From a virus (Duplodnaviria > Caudoviricetes): DNA of 38,926 nt. Below are positions 1 through 7,814 of this stretch, in pieces. How positions within the stretch are numbered: position 1 is the first letter of the stretch; every line of letters begins with the position of its first letter. A program made the position numbers and the translations under genes. The notes under the pieces are model-generated. The model did no database searches and was not told the DNA's origin. It was given only the letters and a program-made list of their open reading frames with translations. The stretch is from positions 1-38,926 of the IMG/VR virus record IMGVR_UViG_3300031466_000009, one strand, 5' to 3'.

Positions 1-29
1 CCCCGCCCAGCCGCAATGGCCGAGCGGGG
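1..29 (-). terminator. Hairpin after endolysin (probable intrinsic terminator; U-tract beyond window edge)
   Basis: Minus strand CCCCGCTCGGCC-ATTGC-GGCTGGGCGGGG just after the stop codon. Confidence 0.65.
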
Positions 30-38
30 ATTTCGTTA

Positions 39-677
39 TTAACGAGGATTCGCGACAAGTTCGAACGTCAGCCATGCCAGCTCGTCCCTCGTGAGGGTCC
101 GTTTCTGCGCCTTTTCGAGCCACGCTGAATCGGATATGATCTTGCGATCGAGCAGGGACTTGACACCGATCTCAATCCGTTGCCATTGGTAGTTACTCAA
201 TTGCATTTGGTTGTCAGCCTCCTCATCATATCGTTTGAGTCCATAAGTGCGGATGATCCCGACCAGCTTTGACGAATACGCCGGGTCGGTTGCGTAGCCG
301 CACACCTGCAACATATCCGCTTGTTCTTCCGGTGTCTTCGCTGCCCGGACGCGAGCGTAACGGCTGGCACCGAAGAGCAGGTCCTGATCCCGGAAGAAAT
401 CCTCCACGCTGTCATACGCCCGGAATGCGGCCGTCACGTCCACGCGCTTACCGTCGTACACTTCCCAGGTGCCCTTGTTGACAATCTTGCCGCGCCAGTA
501 CGTTGTGAGCTTGCCGCTGCCCACCTTGTACCCGCCGAGGTTGTTCCAGGCCGGAATCTTCCAGCCGGTCTCCAGCCCCGCCTGCGCGATCCGAACCGAT
601 GGGAAGATCGGAGAGCCTTCGACGCGGAGCTGGACGGCGATTGGCGCGATCTGTGCGATGAATGCGGCCGCGCTCAT
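39..677 (-). CDS. Endolysin, GH73 glucosaminidase domain plus short C-terminal domain
   Basis: AQAGLETGW, NNLGGYK, FRAYDS and GYATDPAY motifs of GH73/FlgJ-like enzymes; lies after holin. Confidence 0.92.
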   Translation of the reverse strand: MSAAAFIAQIAPIAVQLRVEGSPIFPSVRIAQAGLETGWKIPAWNNLGGYKVGSGKLTTYWRGKIVNKGTWEVYDGKRVDVTAAFRAYDSVEDFFRDQDLLFGASRYARVRAAKTPEEQADMLQVCGYATDPAYSSKLVGIIRTYGLKRYDEEADNQMQLSNYQWQRIEIGVKSLLDRKIISDSAWLEKAQKRTLTRDELAWLTFELVANPR

Positions 678-1003
678 GCGCCATCACTGTCCTTGCCGGC
701 CGGCTGCCCCGGCGGCTCGACCGCCTTACGCTGCATCTGGCCGGCGGCCGCTGCCACGAGGAAGCCGTTTGCGATGGCGAGCACATACACGCGCCAGTCG
801 GCCGGATCGGCACCGAGCGCAAGTTGCGCGGTGATGAGGACCGCGCTGGCCACGATCACGGCATACAGATCCGTTGGCAGCCAGCGGGATGCGAAGCGGT
901 CGATGATGCTTTTGGTGTACTGCACAACGAAAAACGTCAAAAGCGAAGCGCCCCCCATCGCGGAGAGCGCCTCCCAGGTAAAAAGCTGTTCGTTCACGGT
1001 CAT
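674..1003 (-). CDS. Holin-like membrane protein
   Basis: 109 aa with about three hydrophobic segments; 4-bp overlap with endolysin. Confidence 0.8.
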   Translation of the reverse strand: MTVNEQLFTWEALSAMGGASLLTFFVVQYTKSIIDRFASRWLPTDLYAVIVASAVLITAQLALGADPADWRVYVLAIANGFLVAAAAGQMQRKAVEPPGQPAGKDSDGA

Positions 1004-1287
1004 GTCCTCCCTTCAGATTCGAGGCGGTCAATCCGCCGATGTGCCTGCTTCGCGCTCTCCTCCACCCTCGTCACGCGTTCGGCCAGCAGGTCATACCGCT
1101 GCCCCTGCGCGCGGATTTCGACACGGAGATCGTCCACGCCGGATCGGATGTAGTTCACCGAGGCGCGCAGCTCGCCGTCTTCAGCGCCATCTTTCCGGAC
1201 CGTTCGGGACCGGCCGAGCCAGCCGAGCACGATCCCGCTGATTGCTGCGGCGGCCGAAATGAGTGCTGTAATCGTCATGCCGTCCAA
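1000..1287 (-). CDS. Lysis-module membrane protein (XhlA/holin-associated type)
   Basis: N-terminal TM helix then coiled coil ending ERVTRVEESAKQAHRRID; AGGAGGGG RBS before TTG at 1287. Confidence 0.75.
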   Translation of the reverse strand: MDGMTITALISAAAAISGIVLGWLGRSRTVRKDGAEDGELRASVNYIRSGVDDLRVEIRAQGQRYDLLAERVTRVEESAKQAHRRIDRLESEGRT

Positions 1288-1317
1288 AGGCAAACCCCTC
1301 CTATTGACATGCAAGGT

Positions 1318-1344
1318 GAAGGATACACCTCTCTATTGTCGAAT
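1318..1344 (+). promoter_or_regulatory. Sigma-H-type promoter
   Basis: gaAGGA-N17-GAAT (1320-1344), the same spacing as B. subtilis spoVG P1; followed by AGGAGGTG RBS. Confidence 0.7.
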
Positions 1345-1373
1345 AATGGTGATTCGAGAGAGGAGGTGTAGAC

Positions 1374-1616
1374 TTGTATAGATGTTCAATTTGTGCTGCT
1401 GAGCTAGAAAAATTGGTTCGCGGGCCTTTTAAGACTCCGCATTTCTACGCTCTTCCAGCTGTAGAAGTGGACGATAGTGGCCAATTCAACAGGTCGCCTA
1501 ACAGAAGCCTCTATTTATCTGCTTGGGTATGCAACCAATGCGGGCATGTTCATTTCTTTGCAGCGCGCTTGACCGGTGAGATTGATCCAGACCAAAATCC
1601 CATTACTTACAAATGA
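1374..1616 (+). CDS. Small zinc-finger protein (accessory gene)
   Basis: CSIC...CNQCGH motifs, strong RBS, lower GC, opposite strand to the late operon. Confidence 0.8.
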   Translation: MYRCSICAAELEKLVRGPFKTPHFYALPAVEVDDSGQFNRSPNRSLYLSAWVCNQCGHVHFFAARLTGEIDPDQNPITYK

Positions 1617-1768
1617 AAGCAGTCCACATAAGCTGCTATGGACTTTGTGCTTATTAACTCCGAGCCACAATAATGACAGTGAGATTGTGCAGGGTTCCTC
1701 TCGTCATTGCATTTTTCACAATATTTGACGTCCGCCGTCAACCCGGCGGACTCTCTCTTTTTACCCAT
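1607..1768 (-). CDS. Unannotated 53-aa zinc-ribbon protein (MGKKRESAGLTADVKYCEKCNDERNPAQSHCHYCGSELISTKSIAAYVDCFHL)
   Basis: Hand translation; GGGGAGGT RBS; CxxC-x10-CxxC; below the ORF-track length cutoff. Confidence 0.65.
   Translation of the reverse strand: MGKKRESAGLTADVKYCEKCNDERNPAQSHCHYCGSELISTKSIAAYVDCFHL
1730..1762 (+). terminator. Intrinsic terminator for the plus-strand accessory transcript
   Basis: GTCCGCCG-TCAACC-CGGCGGAC followed by TCTCTCTTTTT. Confidence 0.65.
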
Positions 1769-1789
1769 ACCAATTCAACCTCCCCATTA

Positions 1790-1817
1790 CAAAAGGCCCC
1801 GCCTATTCGGCAGAGCC
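1790..1817 (-). terminator. Intrinsic terminator after xkdX-like gene
   Basis: Minus strand GGCTCTGCC-GAATA-GGCGGGGCC-TTTTG. Confidence 0.65.
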
Positions 1818-1949
1818 CGGATATTCCGTTCCCGTAATGGCTTGATATTGCTCCGGCGTGATCTTCCCTGCCGTGACAAACACGGCGACGTCGTCGGCGT
1901 CGTAGCGGCCGGCATCATAGTGGCGTTTCACGATTGTGAACCAATCCAT
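1803..1949 (-). CDS. xkdX: XkdX family small protein (48 aa, MDWFTIVKRHYDAGRYDADDVAVFVTAGKITPEQYQAITGTEYPGSAE)
   Basis: Hand translation; V..FV..GKITPEQY..ITG..Y signature; usual position after tail fibre genes. Confidence 0.85.
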   Translation of the reverse strand: MDWFTIVKRHYDAGRYDADDVAVFVTAGKITPEQYQAITGTEYPGSAE

Positions 1950-1952
1950 GGC

Positions 1953-2405
1953 TCAAATCACCCCCTGGCTGACGAGTTCAAGGAGAAACGCGGCTTGCTC
2001 GCGCTCGGTTTGTTCAAGTCGAAGTTGAGTTTGTGCCAGCTCGAGCGCAAGCAAGGCGTTTTCAGATTTGAGATTAGCGACCCTCTGAGCCGGTGTTTCA
2101 GGATAGGCGCGACCCTCCGGGTACAGCCCACCGTCCGGCCCCTCCACAATCTCGATTTCTTGCGTATATGCCCCCTCCGGGAGCGGGTTGGTAATTTGAT
2201 CTTCATACACCGGCTCGATACGTTTTACCTTTTTGACTCCCGGCGACTCATCCACCCACGTTTCGCCTGGTTGCAGTTCATAGTCATCCGGTACTTCTGC
2301 TTCGACTTCCCGCTCACCGACCAAAACGGTGCGGATCTGGTAATCCCAATCGCCAATATTGATAAGGGTCCCGTCCTTATCAAACCAGCAAGTCATCATT
2401 GGCAC
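1953..2405 (-). CDS. Tail fibre-associated protein/assembly chaperone
   Basis: Between fibre and xkdX; C-terminal coiled coil; AAGGAG RBS before GTG. Confidence 0.7.
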   Translation of the reverse strand: MPMMTCWFDKDGTLINIGDWDYQIRTVLVGEREVEAEVPDDYELQPGETWVDESPGVKKVKRIEPVYEDQITNPLPEGAYTQEIEIVEGPDGGLYPEGRAYPETPAQRVANLKSENALLALELAQTQLRLEQTEREQAAFLLELVSQGVI

Positions 2406-2418
2406 TTTAACCACTCCT

Positions 2419-3876
2419 TTACGCGACAGCCTGCCAGCCCGTATTACCGGTGCCCGAAACCTTCACATAAAAAGTTTGCCCGGCCGAACCGCCAATCCGA
2501 AGATAAATAGACCCGGGAGGAGCCGCGACTGAACCTTCTGGCGAGTCGTTATCGGCAATAAGCAATGCTCCGTTGAGATCGAGTTTCAACGGTTCAGCGG
2601 TTCCGCCAATATTGGCCGTTAACACCCACCGACGGTTGTTCGCGTCGAAGTACGTCCGCAACTTCCCTGATCCATATTGACTACCATAGGATTCGACCTC
2701 GAAATATCCACCGTTTACAATCAGGTTTTTGATCCGGTTTTCTCCGCCGTTTGCGGTCAAATTCCCGCCAACGGCCAGCGCACCAGACACCGTTCCGCCT
2801 GCAGTTTGCAGAAAACTCGATGCATGCAGACCATCCAGCATATCGGCATCCAGGCCACTACCAGCGCCGTCGTTGCCGGCGTGCCATACCTTACTGCCGT
2901 TTATGTTTACAGTCGTACCACGGATTTCGACAGGAAGGTCGGCGTCACCGAACATAATGATGTTGTTGCCAGCAATTGCACCTATAACTTGAGGGTTACC
3001 ATTAGAGTCTCTGATATATAACCCCTTCCCGTTGGGCAGTACCAAATCGGTATCAAAAAAAGCCCTCTCGTTTGTTATGACTTCAGCCCACGGAGACCAG
3101 AGACCATTGAAGTAATACCGGATATACATCTGATTGAAATTAGCGTACCGAATCGCAATTTGAGCCCGGTTGCCGGTCAAAGAACTGTAGAAAAACGTCC
3201 GAATGTACCAAAAAACCCCGCCAATTGGTGCATTGGCGTGATTTGTCACGATATATGCTTTCTGGGTCGTGTTCGGGTCTTCATTGTAGCCGGCGTTTAC
3301 TGCTGTGGAAAAAGCGAACGCATGTTGGCCGTCCAACATGTCTGCATCCAGTCCGCTGCCTTCACCGTCTACCGTTTTCAACTTGGCCAATATGTTTTCG
3401 GACGTGTACTGCGACGCAGGGAGTGCTGCATCCGCCTTTGCCTGTGCCGCCGTTGCTGCTGTGAGCGCCGCATCCGTCTCCGCCTTCCTCGCCACATCGT
3501 CGCTCGCCGCCGGCGCAGCAGCCTTAAACCTCCCCGCGCTATCACGCTGAACAATCGTATTCGGCGTGGCCGCTGACGTGGCGCCGTGGACGCCAGTAGT
3601 AGCGTTGACATGATTGTTAAGATTCGTTTGTACTGCATCCACTTCCGCTTTCCGCGCTACGTCGCTCGCCGCCGACGGAGCCGCCGCTTTGATTCTGCCT
3701 TGCGCATCCCGCTGAACAATCGTGTTCGGCGTGGCCGCGCTCGTGGCGCCGTGGACGCCGGTGGTGGCGGCAACGTGATCAGTGATGGCGTCCGCGTTTT
3801 CATTGATCTCCTGCCCAATCTGGTTCAGGTCGTCCGGCTTTACCGTATCCCCCATCTGCCAATCTGTCTTTGCCAT
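2419..3876 (-). CDS. Tail fibre/receptor-binding protein
   Basis: MAKTDW N-terminus, HGATSAATPNTIVQRD repeats, two GSGLDADMLDG motifs, knob-like W..W segment; follows baseplate genes. Confidence 0.9.
   Translation of the reverse strand: MAKTDWQMGDTVKPDDLNQIGQEINENADAITDHVAATTGVHGATSAATPNTIVQRDAQGRIKAAAPSAASDVARKAEVDAVQTNLNNHVNATTGVHGATSAATPNTIVQRDSAGRFKAAAPAASDDVARKAETDAALTAATAAQAKADAALPASQYTSENILAKLKTVDGEGSGLDADMLDGQHAFAFSTAVNAGYNEDPNTTQKAYIVTNHANAPIGGVFWYIRTFFYSSLTGNRAQIAIRYANFNQMYIRYYFNGLWSPWAEVITNERAFFDTDLVLPNGKGLYIRDSNGNPQVIGAIAGNNIIMFGDADLPVEIRGTTVNINGSKVWHAGNDGAGSGLDADMLDGLHASSFLQTAGGTVSGALAVGGNLTANGGENRIKNLIVNGGYFEVESYGSQYGSGKLRTYFDANNRRWVLTANIGGTAEPLKLDLNGALLIADNDSPEGSVAAPPGSIYLRIGGSAGQTFYVKVSGTGNTGWQAVA
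3469..3777 (-). repeat. Two tandem ~165-bp (55-aa period) repeats in the tail fibre
   Basis: HV.ATTGVHGATSAATPNTIVQRD..GR.KAAAP.A..DVARKAE.DA occurs twice. Confidence 0.9.
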
Positions 3877-4163
3877 CAAGCATCACCTTCCTTAACCGTA
3901 ATCGACTGGATCATGAGATGATCCGCCGTAATCGGGATGTTGACGTTGTTCGTGCTGATCACGTTGTCCGCCGCGTCTTTCAGCTCGATCGACGTGACCA
4001 GTGACACATCCGCGACCGGAATGAGATACTTCAGCGCCAGCACGTTGCCTGTGACCTGCTTCACCTCGAAATTCGTGATGACGTACGTCCCGTTCAGCAC
4101 CACTTTCGCAACGCGGCTGTCGACGTACTTGGCCACGTCATTCAAAAACGTCGACTCAATCAT
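3876..4163 (-). CDS. Small baseplate/tail fibre adaptor protein
   Basis: 95 aa (MIESTFLNDV...), translationally coupled between XkdU-like and fibre genes. Confidence 0.75.
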   Translation of the reverse strand: MIESTFLNDVAKYVDSRVAKVVLNGTYVITNFEVKQVTGNVLALKYLIPVADVSLVTSIELKDAADNVISTNNVNIPITADHLMIQSITVKEGDA

Positions 4164-4744
4164 TTCACAGGCACCTCCGGTCCCAATGTTGCGAACGGCG
4201 CGGCGCCGAGCTGCCACGATCCGAGCACGTAATTCCAGGTCACTTCATGCGTGACGATCGTTTCGACAAGCTCGATATCATCATTCAGCGCCGTATTCTG
4301 CTGATACACGATGTTGGCCGGCTTAATCGTCTTGACGGTATGCTCGACTTCCCGAAAGACCTCGACATCGTCAATGGCAGCCGTGATGATCAGCAGATAG
4401 TTTTCCGACTCCACTTCGACCAGCGCCCGCCCCGGTCCGACGAGCCGGTCAAGCTGCTCCTGCAGAAAACGCGCCGTAAACGGTGGTTTCATCGAATAGC
4501 GATTGATGATGCGGGCGCGTCGGAAGGCAATGGACTCGTTGGCCGGATCAGCCTGGATGCCCAGCATCTTCTCCCGGCGGCGGATCGCATCGGGCCCAGA
4601 CGTTAAGACGAATTGGTCGTCGAGCAGCCGCTGTACCGCCGCTTTCAGATCATCCAGTTCCGCGCTCTCCGTCTTGTCCAGCTCGACAAAATCCTCGATC
4701 TCGCGGTAAAAATCGGGCAGGTATTGCAGAACACGTTCACTCAT
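4160..4744 (-). CDS. xkdU: Baseplate wedge protein, XkdU/YmfQ (DUF2313)-like
   Basis: YLPDFY, RREKMLGI, FRRARI and IKPANI motifs; follows baseplate J. Confidence 0.85.
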   Translation of the reverse strand: MSERVLQYLPDFYREIEDFVELDKTESAELDDLKAAVQRLLDDQFVLTSGPDAIRRREKMLGIQADPANESIAFRRARIINRYSMKPPFTARFLQEQLDRLVGPGRALVEVESENYLLIITAAIDDVEVFREVEHTVKTIKPANIVYQQNTALNDDIELVETIVTHEVTWNYVLGSWQLGAAPFATLGPEVPVK

Positions 4745-5816
4745 TCACGATCACCGTCCCGAGCACCGGGATCTCCTCCGCATCCAACGTCACATTCGCT
4801 GCCGAGCCGTTCAGCGTCGTCCCGGTAACGTCGACAACGCCCGGCACGGTCAGGATGGCCGACTCGATCTGCGAAATCCGGACGACGAGCTGCGTCTGCG
4901 ACGCCCAGTCTTTCCGCAGGCTGAGCAGATAGGTCTCGATGACTTCCTCGATCGGTCCCTGCACCTGACCGACGTTCACGCCGGCATCAAGCGTCACCGT
5001 CGTCTCCACATTGATCGTCACCGGCTGGACGCCGGCGATGGTCACGGTATGGCCGATCGGGGCGAGCCCGTACCCCTGCCCGTTGCTGCCAGTCGGGTCG
5101 ATTGCTTCCTGCACCTCGGACACCAGCGCCGGTGCCGGCGCACTCCAATCGGAGGCGATGATCGTGCATTTCACCGTACCGCCGCCCTGCCAGACCGGGA
5201 ACACCTTGACGCCGCCGACGCCTTCGATGGCGCCGATCTTCAGTTTGTAGTCCGCGACATTCCCGCCGAACGCCGGCTCATTGACGGCCGCATAGTAGCG
5301 CTGTCGGAGCGACTCGTCGTCTTCCTCATCCTCCCCGGGCACGAGCACCGTGCCGAGCTCCGCCCGCGCAAGGCCGGCGATGTATTCGATCGGCAGCAGG
5401 GCGCCGAAAGGCTGATTTCCGACCGTGCCGGACGTTTCACACTCGAGCACGAATTCACCGGTCGCAACCTTGCTGATGACGGCGTAGATCAGCCCGTCAA
5501 TACCGAACCGGCTGCCGATCGGTACGTCCATAGGCGTGTCATCAGCGCCATAGAACAGCCCTTGCCGGCGCGCTTTGGTGGCCGGACGGCGGTTGACGCC
5601 AAACTCGGCTGCGCGCCGGGTCAAATATTCGCCGCTGGCCGTATCGGCGAACGACAAATTGTAGTTGATGTCCAGCTCCGCATACAGCTGCGCAAGCTCG
5701 GCAGCCGCCGGCGCCAGCGCGTCATAGATCACGCTGCCCGGGCGCTTGTCGATGTCGGCCGGCACGCGACCGAGCATGCGCTGCAGGATCGCCTCAAACG
5801 TTTGTCCCTCATACAA
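4737..5816 (-). CDS. xkdT: Baseplate J/gp47-family protein
   Basis: DKRPGSVIYDALAPAAAELA, FGGNVADY, VFPVWQGGGTV and APIGHTVT motifs; TTG start after GGAGG. Confidence 0.93.
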   Translation of the reverse strand: MYEGQTFEAILQRMLGRVPADIDKRPGSVIYDALAPAAAELAQLYAELDINYNLSFADTASGEYLTRRAAEFGVNRRPATKARRQGLFYGADDTPMDVPIGSRFGIDGLIYAVISKVATGEFVLECETSGTVGNQPFGALLPIEYIAGLARAELGTVLVPGEDEEDDESLRQRYYAAVNEPAFGGNVADYKLKIGAIEGVGGVKVFPVWQGGGTVKCTIIASDWSAPAPALVSEVQEAIDPTGSNGQGYGLAPIGHTVTIAGVQPVTINVETTVTLDAGVNVGQVQGPIEEVIETYLLSLRKDWASQTQLVVRISQIESAILTVPGVVDVTGTTLNGSAANVTLDAEEIPVLGTVIVNE

Positions 5817-6189
5817 GCGGACCAATCCTCCCTTCGATCGTCGTCGTGCCGAAGACGGTCGTAACCGTAAACGACATCGTCGCTGTGTCGCCGTCGTAGT
5901 TGACCTGAAAGTTGTCGACGGCCGTAATCCGGTCATCTGCCAGCAGCGCCTCCGTGATATAAGACTGCAGCTCATCCGGAGCGCCGCGCTGCCGGCCGAA
6001 CTGGCCGCCGTAGATCACATGTGCGAATCGATCCGTTTCGATGATCTTAAAGACCGCCTGCCGGACCGCATCCAGCCCGTCGACCATCCCGACCACCCGG
6101 CCGCGGTCAAAGTCGATCCGGTACGTGCGGCTCGGCTGCGTGATCTCTTCTTCGGCGGGCGTCGCGCCCCGTGGTAAAATGCTCGTCAT
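5809..6189 (-). CDS. xkdS: XkdS/DUF2634 (gp25-like) baseplate protein
   Basis: DGLDAVRQAVFKII.T.RF and ITEALLADDRI motifs. Confidence 0.88.
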   Translation of the reverse strand: MTSILPRGATPAEEEITQPSRTYRIDFDRGRVVGMVDGLDAVRQAVFKIIETDRFAHVIYGGQFGRQRGAPDELQSYITEALLADDRITAVDNFQVNYDGDTATMSFTVTTVFGTTTIEGRIGPLV

Positions 6190-6482
6190 GGTAACCTCCC
6201 CACAATGACGTATTCGCGGCCGCCCGGACACCGCAGCAGGATCACCCTGTCGCCAGCCTCAAGCCCGCGGCGGATCTCGATGGTCTGCGAACCGACCGTG
6301 ACGCTATAGGCCGTCATGTGCTCCGGGACAACCAAAAAATCCGCTGAGAGCGGCAAACGCTGATCGACGTTTACCTCCAGCGGATTCGTGCTTGTGACGG
6401 TTCCGTACATCACGGCGGCCGGCTGCGCCGCTTCCATCTGCTCACGGGCGATGCGTTTGATCACGTCGTTGAGACTAGCCAT
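6186..6482 (-). CDS. xkdR: XkdR/DUF2577 spike-like protein
   Basis: GTVTSTNPLEV..DQ and L..GDRVILLR..GG..Y motifs. Confidence 0.88.
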   Translation of the reverse strand: MASLNDVIKRIAREQMEAAQPAAVMYGTVTSTNPLEVNVDQRLPLSADFLVVPEHMTAYSVTVGSQTIEIRRGLEAGDRVILLRCPGGREYVIVGRLP

Positions 6483-7443
6483 AGACTTTCAGCTCCAGAT
6501 CCATGGTGTGCTCGTCGCCGCTAAAATGATGCGTGCACTCCTCGACCAGGTAAAACTGATTGACTCCCAGCTCTTCCATCGTCACCTGCAGCTTCACGCC
6601 GGCGCGCACGCCGGGATAGCCGAGCGCCTCAAGCGAAAAGCGCCGCTGCTCCCGGTTCTTGAGTTCGAGGAAGCGATTCATCATGGCCGTGATCTGCGCT
6701 TCGTTCAGGCCTTCGTCCACTTTCTGATAGTACTGCAACCGGCCCCAGCGGGCGATGGTCGAGCTGTCCTGGACGATGTACGCCTCACGCCGGCCAGTCT
6801 TTTTGTTGTCTTTGACCAGTTTGACCCGGTTGTAAGTGTCCGTGTCGATTTCGCGTTTCACGCTGTATCCGTAGACCAGGCTGCCGTCGCCGAGAATGAG
6901 GTCGATCGCCATGTCTTCAACGTCCCGCAGCACGAGGTTCCCAGCATCGTCGTAAAAGACGTACAGTCGGCCGGTCGCCATCAGCGTCTCGTCGAGCGCC
7001 GCACAGATGATGTCAATCCGTTTTTGACTGTCCTGGAGAAAGCGCGGTATCTTGTGCTGCGTGTCCGCCAGCTCGCCCAGGATGAGGCCAACGGCCAGCG
7101 CGTTGTCTTTGATCACCTGCGTCGCCGTCACGTTCGTCCGGACATAGGTGTCGGACTCCATGAGGTAGCGAATCTGATCGTATGCGGTGATCCGCAGCTC
7201 GCGTTCGTGGGTTTCCTCGATCGAAAACACATAACCCATAAAGAACTTCTGGCCATCCAAGCGAATCCGGATCACGTCGCCCGGACTCACCTCGACCTGC
7301 TGCTGGTAGGATGGGCCGCGGACGAGAGTCATGTCCACTTGACCGGGTTTGCCGATCCGTGATGTTTTCCAACTCAATTCCGGCACAAGCTGCGAGACGT
7401 CCCACAGCACGCCGTTTCGGTTGTCGATGACAGTTTCGAGCAA
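6475..7443 (-). CDS. xkdQ: XkdQ/YqbQ baseplate hub protein
   Basis: TAYDQIRYL, YVFYDDAG.L and TI.RWG.LQ motifs; position in tail module. Confidence 0.9.
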   Translation of the reverse strand: MLETVIDNRNGVLWDVSQLVPELSWKTSRIGKPGQVDMTLVRGPSYQQQVEVSPGDVIRIRLDGQKFFMGYVFSIEETHERELRITAYDQIRYLMESDTYVRTNVTATQVIKDNALAVGLILGELADTQHKIPRFLQDSQKRIDIICAALDETLMATGRLYVFYDDAGNLVLRDVEDMAIDLILGDGSLVYGYSVKREIDTDTYNRVKLVKDNKKTGRREAYIVQDSSTIARWGRLQYYQKVDEGLNEAQITAMMNRFLELKNREQRRFSLEALGYPGVRAGVKLQVTMEELGVNQFYLVEECTHHFSGDEHTMDLELKVYG

Positions 7444-7462
7444 GTTTTTTCACCTACCTTTG

Positions 7463-7489
7463 GTAGGTAATACATCCCACGTGTCAAAT
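7463..7489 (+). promoter_or_regulatory. Degenerate sigma-H-type promoter
   Basis: AGGT-N17-AAAT ending in GTCAAAT, aligning with AGGA-N17-GAAT (GTCGAAT) at 1320-1344; one mismatch per box. Confidence 0.45.
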
Positions 7490-7514
7490 TTGTACATGCG
7501 GGGGAGGTGAGACT

Positions 7515-7706
7515 GTGAAACCAGAAGATTTTGAAGCGATTGAAAAGGTAGCCTTTGAAAAATACATTGAATCGCTGCCTGAATCAGAGAAAAAGCAAAT
7601 TACACCCGTTTTCGCCAGAGTAGCAGCACGTGTTGCCACATTGGCTATTCAGGAGTACCATAAACGGGCGCTGCTTGAGACAACTCAAGATCAACGCAAT
7701 TCTTGA
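7515..7706 (+). CDS. Small accessory protein, 63 aa
   Basis: GGGGAGGTGA RBS, lower GC, antisense to the tail operon. Confidence 0.75.
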   Translation: MKPEDFEAIEKVAFEKYIESLPESEKKQITPVFARVAARVATLAIQEYHKRALLETTQDQRNS

Positions 7707-7809
7707 GTTCCTCAATGATCTTGTCGACGGAGATCGCCGTGGGCGCGGCGATCTTCTCCAATTCTTCCCGCACAATCTCCCTCACGCGTTGTTCATCCAA
7801 CTGTTTCAT
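7645..7809 (-). CDS. Unannotated 54-aa protein (MKQLDEQRVREIVREELEKIAAPTAISVDKIIEELKNCVDLELSQAAPVYGTPE)
   Basis: Hand translation; starts 5 nt after the xkdP stop with GGGAGTGAGAAGG upstream; helical composition. Confidence 0.6.
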   Translation of the reverse strand: MKQLDEQRVREIVREELEKIAAPTAISVDKIIEELKNCVDLELSQAAPVYGTPE

Positions 7810-7814
7810 CCTTC

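Noticed and set aside
1304-1332. TTGACA sigma-A promoter for the 1374 gene
   Set aside because: No -10 box at the right spacing; the sigma-H-type match fits better
2419-3876. Diversity-generating retroelement or invertible fibre cassette
   Set aside because: No reverse transcriptase or invertase; the repeats are in-frame protein repeats without adenine-specific differences
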